NCBI GenBank assembly: GCA_964016885.1
Contig: OZ024743.1
Coordinates: 321,408,001-321,472,000, forward strand
DNA: 64,000 nt
DNA from: Eledone cirrhosa
Lineage: Eukaryota
Reading direction: 5' to 3'
The notes beneath the pieces were generated by a model. That model was not told the DNA's origin, ran no database searches, and worked only from the letters and a program-made list of their open reading frames with translations. How positions within the stretch are numbered: the stretch's first letter is position 1; each line of letters starts with the position of its first letter. A program made the translations under genes and the position numbers. This document shows positions 56,300 through 64,000 of this stretch, in pieces.

Positions 56300-59200
56300 A
56301 AAACACTGTGCTGAAGAGGAGCCACACAGTAACACTATGCTGAATTGGATTCACCAAACAATGCTGTGCTGAAGAGGAGAAACGTAGCAACATTGTGCTG
56401 AAGTGGAAAAACACAGCAACATTGTGCTGAAGTGGAGCCACATAGCAACATTGTGTTGAAGTGGAGCCACACAGCAACATTGTGTTGAAGTGGAGCCACA
56501 CAGCAACATTGTGTTGAAGTAGAGCCACATAGCAATATTGTGTTGAAGTGGAGCCACACAGCAACATTGTGTTGAAGTGGAGCCACACAGCAACATTGTG
56601 TTGAAGTGGTGCCACACAGCAACATTGTGTTGAAGTGGTGCCACACAGCAACATTGTGTTGAAGTGGAGCCACATAGCAACACTGTGTTGAAGTGGAGCC
56701 ACGTAGCAACACTGTGTTGAAGTGGAGCCGCACAGCAACATTGTGTTGAAGTAGAGCCAAACAGCTATATTGTGCTGAAGTGGAGCCACACAGTAACATT
56801 GTGTTAAAGTGGAGCCACACAGCAACATTGTGCTGAAGTGGAGCCACACAGCAACATTGTGCTGAAATGGAGCCACATAGCAACATTGTGTTAAAGTGGA
56901 GCCACACAGCAACATTGTGTTGAAGTGGAGGCCACACAGCAACATTGTGTTGAAGTGGAGCCACACAGCAACATTGTGCTGAAATGGAGCCACATAGCAC
57001 ATTGTGTTAAAGTGGAGCCACACAGCAGCATTTTGCTGAAGTGGAGCCACACAGCAACATTGTGCTGAAATGGAGCCACACAGCAACATTGTGTTGAAGT
57101 GGAGCCACACAGCAACATTGTGTTGAAGTGGAGCCTCACAGCAACATTGTGTTAAAGTGGATCCACACAGCAACATTGTGCTGAAGTGGATCCACACAGC
57201 AACATTGTGTTGAAGTGGAGCCTCACAGCAACATTATGTTGAAGTGGAGCCACACAGCAACATTGTGTTGAAGTGGAGCCTCACATCAACATTGTGTTGA
57301 AGTGGAACCACACAGCAACATTGTGTTGAAGTGGAGCCACACAGCAACATTGTGTTGAAGTGGAGCCTCACAGCAACATTGTGTTGAAGTGGAGCCACAC
57401 AGCAACATTGTGCTGAAATGGAGCCACACAGCAACATTGTGTTGAAGTGGAGCCACACAGCAACATTGTGTTGAAGTGGAGCCTCACAGCAACATTGTGT
57501 TAAAGTGGATCCACACAGCAACATTGTGCTGAAGTGGATCCACACAGCAACATTGTGCTGAAGTGGAGCCACACAGCAACATTGTGCTGAAGTTGAGCCA
57601 CACACCAACATTGTGTTGAAGTGGAGCCACACAGCAATATTGTGCTGAGGTGGAGCCACACAGCAACATTGTGCTGAGGTAGAGCCACACAGCAACATTG
57701 TGCTGAGGTAGAGCCACAGAGCAACATTGTGCTGAAGTGGAGCCACACAGCAACATTGTGCTGAAGTGGAGCCACACAACAACATTGTGATGAAGTGGAG
57801 CCATACAGCAACATGGATTTGAAGTGGTGCCACCCAGGAACATTGTGCTGAAGTGGAGTCAAATAGCAACATTGTGTTGAAGTGAGGCCACACATCAACA
57901 TTGTGTTGAAGTGGAGCCACACAGCAACATTGTGCTGAAATGGAGCCACGTAGCAACATTGTGTTGAAGTGGAGCCACACAGCAACATTGTGTTGAAGTG
58001 GAGCCACACAGCAACATTGTGCTGCAGTGAGGTCACACAGCAACATTGTGCTGAAGTAGAGCCACACAGAAACATTGTGCTGAAGTGGAGCCACACAGCA
58101 AAATTGTTTTGACGTATAGCCACACAGCAACATTGTGTTGAAGTGGAACCACACAGCAACGTTGTGCTGAAGTGGAGCCACCCAGCAACATTGTGCTGAA
58201 GTGGAGCCACACAGCAACATTGTGCTGAAGTGGAGACACACAGCAACATTGTGTTGAAGTGGAGCCACACAGCAACATGGCGTTGAAGTGGTGCCACCCA
58301 GCAACATTGTGCTGAAGTGGTTCCACACAGCTACATTGTGCTGAAGTGGAGTCAAATAGCAACATTGTGTTGAAGTGAGGCCACACAGCAACATTGTGTT
58401 GAAGTGGAGCCACACAGCAACATTGAGTTGAAGTGGAGCCACACAGCAACATTGTGCTGAAGTGGAGCCACACAACAACATTGTGTTGAAGTGGATCCAC
58501 ACAGCAACATTGAGTTGAAGTGGAGCCATGCAGCAACATTGTGCTGAAGTGGAGCCACAAAGCAACATTGTGTTGAAGTGGAGCCACACAGCAACATTGT
58601 GCTGAAGTCGATCCACACAGCAACATTGTGTTGAAATGGAGCCACATAGCAACATTGTGCTGAAGTGGAGCCACACACCAACATTGTGTTAAAGTGCAGA
58701 CACACAGCAACATTGTGTTGAAGTGGAGCCACACAGCAACATTGTGTTGAAGAGGAGCCACACAGCAACATTGTGTTGAAGAGGAGCCACACAGCAACAT
58801 TGTGCTGAAGTAGAGCCACACAGCAACATTGCGCTGAAGTAGAGCCACACAGCAACATTGTGCTGAAGTAGAGCCACACAGCAATATTGTGCTGAAGTAG
58901 AGCCACACATCAACATTGTGTTGAAGTGGACCCACACAGCAACATTGTGCTGAAGTGGAGTCACACAGCAAATTTTGTTGAAGTGGAGCCACACAGCAAC
59001 ATTGTGCTGAAGTGGGGCCACATAGCAACATTGTGTTGAAGTGGAGCCACACAGCAACATTGTGTTGAAGTGGAGCCACACAGCAACATTGTGATGAAGT
59101 GGAGCCACACAACATCATTGAGTTGAAGTGGAGCCACACATCAATAATGTGCTGAGGTGGAGCCACATAGCAACATTGTGTTGAAGTGGAACCACACAAC

Positions 59201-62200
59201 AACATTGTGTTGAAGTGGAGCCACACAGCAACATTGTGCTGAAGTGAGGTCACACAGCAACATTGTGCTGAAGTAGAGCCACACAGAAACATTGTGTTGA
59301 AGTGGTGCCACACAGCAACATTCAGTTGAAGTGGAGCCACACAGCAACATTGTGCTGAAGTTGATCCGCACAGCAACATTGTGTTGAAGTGGATCCACAC
59401 AGCAACATTGAGTTGAAGTGTAGCAACACAGCAACATTGTGCTGAAGTGATGTCACACAGCAACATTGTGCTGAAGTGGAGCCACACAGCAACATTTTGT
59501 TGAAGTGGAGCCACACATCCACATTGTGTTGAAGTGGATCCACATAGTAACATTGTGTTGAAGTAGAGCCACACAGCAACATTGTGCTGAAGTGGAGCCA
59601 CGCAGCAACATTGTGCTGAAGTGGAGCCACACAGCAACATTGTGCTGAAGTGGAGTCAAATAGCAACATTGTGTTGAAGTGAGGCCACACATCAACATTG
59701 TGTTGAAGTGGAGCCACACAGCAACATTGAGTTGAAGTGGAGCCACACAGCAACATTGTGCTGAAATTGAGCCACGTAGCAACATTGTGTTGAAGTGAGG
59801 TCACACAGCAACATTGTGCTGAAGTAGAGCCACACAGAAACATTGTGCTGAAGTGGAGCCACACAGCAAAATTGTTTTGAAGTATAGCCACACAGCAACA
59901 TTGTGTTGAAGTGGAACCACACAGCAACATTGTGCTGAAGTGGAGCCACCCAGCAACATTGTGCTGAGGTGGAGCGACACAGCATCATTGTGCTGAAGTG
60001 GAGCCACACAGCAACATTGTGCTGAAGTGGAGCCACACAGCAACATTGTGCTGAAGTGGATCCACACAGCAACATTGTGCTGAAGTGGAGACACACAGCA
60101 ACATTGTGTTGAAGTGGAGTCACACAGCAACATGGTGTTGAAGTGGTGCCACCCAGCAACATTGTGCTGAAGTGGTGCCACACAGCTACATTTTGCTGAA
60201 GTGGAGTCAAATAGCAACAATGTGTTGAAGTGAGGCCACACAGCAACATTGTGTTGAAGTGGAGCCACACAGCAACATTGAGTTGAAGTGGAGCCACACA
60301 GCAACATTGTGCTGAAGTGGAGCCACACAACAACATTGTGTTGAAGTGGATCCACACAGCAACATTGAGTTGAAGTGGAGCCACACAGCAACATTGTGCT
60401 GAAGTGGAGCCACACAACAACATTGTGTTGAAGTGGAGCCACACAGCAACATTGAGTTGAAGTGGACCCACACAGCAACATTGTGCTGAAGTGGAGCCAC
60501 ACAACAACATTGAGTTGAAGTGGAGCCACACAGCAACATTGTGCTGAAGTGGAGCCACACAACAACATTGTGTTGAAGTGGAGCCACACAGCAACATTGA
60601 GTTGAAGTGGAGCCATGCAGCAACATTGTGCTGAAGTGGAGCCACACAGCAACATTGTGCTGAAGTCGAAACACACAGCAACATTGTGCTGAAATGGAGC
60701 CACATAGCAACATTGTGCTGAAGTGGAGCCACACACCAACATTGTGTTGAAGTGCAGACACACAGCAACATTGTGTTGAAGTGGAGCCACACAGCAACAT
60801 TGTGTTGAAGAGGAGCCACACAGCAACATTGTGCTGAAGTAGAGCCACACAGCAACATTGCGCTGAAGTAGAGCCACACAGCAACATTGTGCTGAAGTAG
60901 AGCCACACAGCAACATTGTGCTGAAGTAGAGCCACACAGCAACATTGTGTTGAAGTGGAGCCACACAGCAACATTGTGCTGAAGTGGAGTCACACAGCAA
61001 AATTGTGTTGAAGTGGAGCCACACAGCAACATTGTGCTGAAGTGGGGCCACATAGCAACATTGTGTTGAAGTGGAGCCACACAGCAACATTGTGTTGAAG
61101 TGGAGCCACACAGCAACATTGTGATGAAGTGGAGCCACACAACAACATTGAGTTGAAGTGGAGCCACACAGCAATATTGTGCTGAGGTGGAGCCACACAG
61201 CAACATTGTGTTGAAGTGGAGCCACACAGCACCATTGTGCTGAAGTGGAGTCAAATAGCAACATTGTGTTGAAGTGAGGCCACACATCAACATTGTGTTG
61301 AAGTGGAGCCACACAGCAACATTGAGTTGAAGTGGTGCCACACAGCCATATTGTGCTGAAATTGAGCCACGTAGCAACATTGTGTTGAAGTGGAGCCACA
61401 CAGCAACATTGGGTTGAAGTGGATCCACACAGCAACATTGTGCTGAAGTGAGGTCACACAGCAACATTGTGCTGAAGTAGAGCCACACAGAAACATTGTG
61501 CTGAAGTGGAGCCACACAGCAAAATTGTTTTGAAGTAGAGCCACACAGCAACATTGTGTTGAAGTGGAACCACACAGCAACATTGTGCTGAAGTGGAGCG
61601 ACACAGCAACTTTGTGCTGAAGTGGAGCCACACAGCAACATTGTGCTGAAGTGGATCCACACAACAACATTGTGCTGAAGTGGAGCCACACAGCAACATG
61701 GTGTTGAAGTGGTGCCACCCGGCAACATTGTGCTGAAGTTGTGCCACACAGCAATATTGTGCTGAAGTGGAGTCAAATAGCAACGTTGTGTTGAAGTGAG
61801 GTCACACAGCAACATTGTGTTGAAGTGGAGCCACACAGCAACATTGAGTTGAAGTGGACCCACACAGCAACATTGTGCTGAAGTGGAGCCACACAACAAC
61901 ATTGTGTTGAAGTGGTTCCACACAGCAACATTGAGTTGAAGTGGAGCAACACAGCAACATTGTGCTGAAGTAAGGTCACACAGCAACATTGTGCTGAAGT
62001 GGAGCCACACAGCAACATTGTGTTGAAGTGGAGCCACACAGCCACAGTGTGTTGAAGTGGACCCACACAGCAACATTGTGTTGAAGTGGAGCCACACAGC
62101 AACATTGTGTTGAAGTGGAGCCACACAGCAACATTGTGCTGAAGTGGAGTCACACAGCAACTTTGTGCTGAAGTGGGCCCACACAGCAACATTGAGTTGA

Positions 62201-64000
62201 AGTGGAGACACACAGCAGCATTGTGCTGAAGTGGAGCCACACAGCAACATTGTGCTGAAGTGGAGCCACACAGCAACATTGTGCTGAAGTGGAGTCACAC
62301 AGCAACATTGTGTTGAAGTGGAGCCACACAGCAACATTGTGTTGAAGTGGAGCGACACAGCAACATTGTGTTGAAGTGGAGCCACACAGCAACATTGTGC
62401 TGAAGTGGAGTCACACAGCAACATTGTGTTGAAGTGGAGCCACACAGCAACATTGTGCTGAAGTGGGCCCACACAGCAACATTGAGTTGAAGTGGAGACA
62501 CACAGCAGCATTGTGCTGATGTGGAGCCACACAGCAACATTGTGCTGCAGTAGAGACACATAGCAACATTGTGTTGAAGTGGACCCACACAGCAACATTG
62601 TGTTGAAGTAGAGCCACACAGCAACATGGTGTTGAAGTGGTGCCACCCAGCAACATTGTGCTGAAGTGGAGTCAAATAGCAACATTGTGTTGAAGTGAGG
62701 CCACACAGCATCATTGTGTTGAAGTGGAGCCACACAGCAACATTGTGCTGAAGTGGGCCCACACAGCAACATTGTGCTGAAGTGGAGTCAAATAGCAACA
62801 TTGTGCTGAAGTGAGGCCACACAGCATCATTGTGTTGAAGTAGAGCCACACAGCAACATTCTGTTGAAGTGGTCCCACACAGCAGCATTGTGCTGAAGTG
62901 GAGCCACACAGCAACATTGTGCTGAAGTGGATCCACACAACAACATTGTGCTGAAGTGGAGCCACACAGCAACATAGTGTTGAAGTGGTGCCACCCGGCA
63001 ACATTGTGCTGAAGTGGTGCCACACAGCAACATTGTGCTGAAGTGGAGTCAAATAGTAACATTGTGTTGAAGTGAGGTCACACAGCAACATTGTGTTGAA
63101 GTGGAGCCACACAGCAACATTGTGCTGAAGTGAGGTCACACAGCAACATTGTGCTGAAGTGGAGCCACACAGCAACATTGTGTTGAAGTGGAGCCACACA
63201 GCCACAGTGTGTTGAAGTGGACCCACACAGCAACATTGTGTTGAAGTGGAGCCACACAGCAACATTGTGTTGAAGTGGAGCCACACAGCAACATTGTGTT
63301 GAAGTGGAGCCACACAGCAACATTGTGTTGAAGTGGAGCCACACAGCAACATTGTGCTGAAATGGAGTCACACAGCAACATTGTGTTGAAGTGGAGCCAC
63401 ACAGCAACATTGTGCTGAAGTGGGCCCACATAGCAACATTGTGTTGAAGTGGTCCCACACAGCAACATTGTGCTGAAGTAGAGCCACACTGCAACATTGT
63501 GTGGAAGTGGAGCCACACAGCAACATTGTGTTGAAGTGGAACCACACAGCAACATTGTGCTGAAGTGGAGCCACCCAGCATCATTGTGCTGAAGTGGAGC
63601 GACACAGCAACATTGTGCTGAAGTGGAGCCACACAGCAACATTGTGCTGAAGTGGAGCCACACAGCAACATTGTGCTGAAGTTGATCCACACAGCAACAT
63701 TGTGCTGAAGTAGAGCCACACAGCAACATTGTGCTGAAGTAGAGCCACACAGCAACATTGTGCTGAAGTAGAGCCACACAGCAACATTGTGTTGAAGTGG
63801 AGCCACACAGCAACATTGTGCTGAAGTGGAGCCACACAGCCACATTGTGTTGAAGTGGAGCCACATAGTAACATTGTGTTGAAGTAGAGCCACACAGCAA
63901 CATTGTGCTGAAGTGGAGCCACGCAGCAACATTGTGCTGAAGTGGAGCCACACAGCAACATTGTGTTGAAGTGGACCCACACAGCACCATTGTGCTGAAG
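56300..64000. repeat. 29-bp tandem satellite, at least 265 copies, extending beyond the window (gcaacattgtgYtgaagtggagccacaca)
   Basis: Direct periodicity, 29-aa (3-monomer) periodic minus-strand ORFs, diverged left edge. Confidence 0.99.

Noticed and set aside
56265-63990. Cys-rich ORFs up to 1026 aa (keratin-associated or metallothionein-like appearance)
   Set aside because: The 29-bp period is not a multiple of 3, the same peptide appears in all three minus frames, and stops are scattered. This is a satellite artefact.

Overview
AT-rich, microsatellite-dense animal genomic DNA. The repeat landscape suggests a coleoid cephalopod such as Octopus, which is an inference. The window holds the 3' ten coding exons (4882-48969, + strand, about 453 aa, 5' end upstream of the window) of a mosaic gene: SRCR-like, LDLa, LDLa, SRCR-like, then a chymotrypsin-fold S1 domain. 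All splice sites are canonical and phases agree, but the catalytic His is replaced by Tyr, so it is probably a pseudo-protease. Introns and flanks are filled with repeats: decayed RTE, Vingi-like and L1/Tx1-like LINEs; tRNA-derived and RTE-tailed SINEs; Helitron-like elements; a mariner nested in a maT-like transposon; MITEs; and an internally deleted Gypsy LTR element. There are three tandem arrays: 48 bp (about 12 kb, intronic), 60 bp (doubly palindromic) and 29 bp (at least 7.7 kb, running off the window). The most notable observations are: (1) the 48-bp satellite is an amplified segment of the local RTE-5'UTR/SINE, and the same segment has formed a second 48-bp array 18 kb away; (2) a templated copy of a splice acceptor plus LDLa exon start sits inside an old LINE; (3) there are degenerate hammerhead-ribozyme-like motifs in introns. 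The long ORFs in the satellites are judged to be artefacts.
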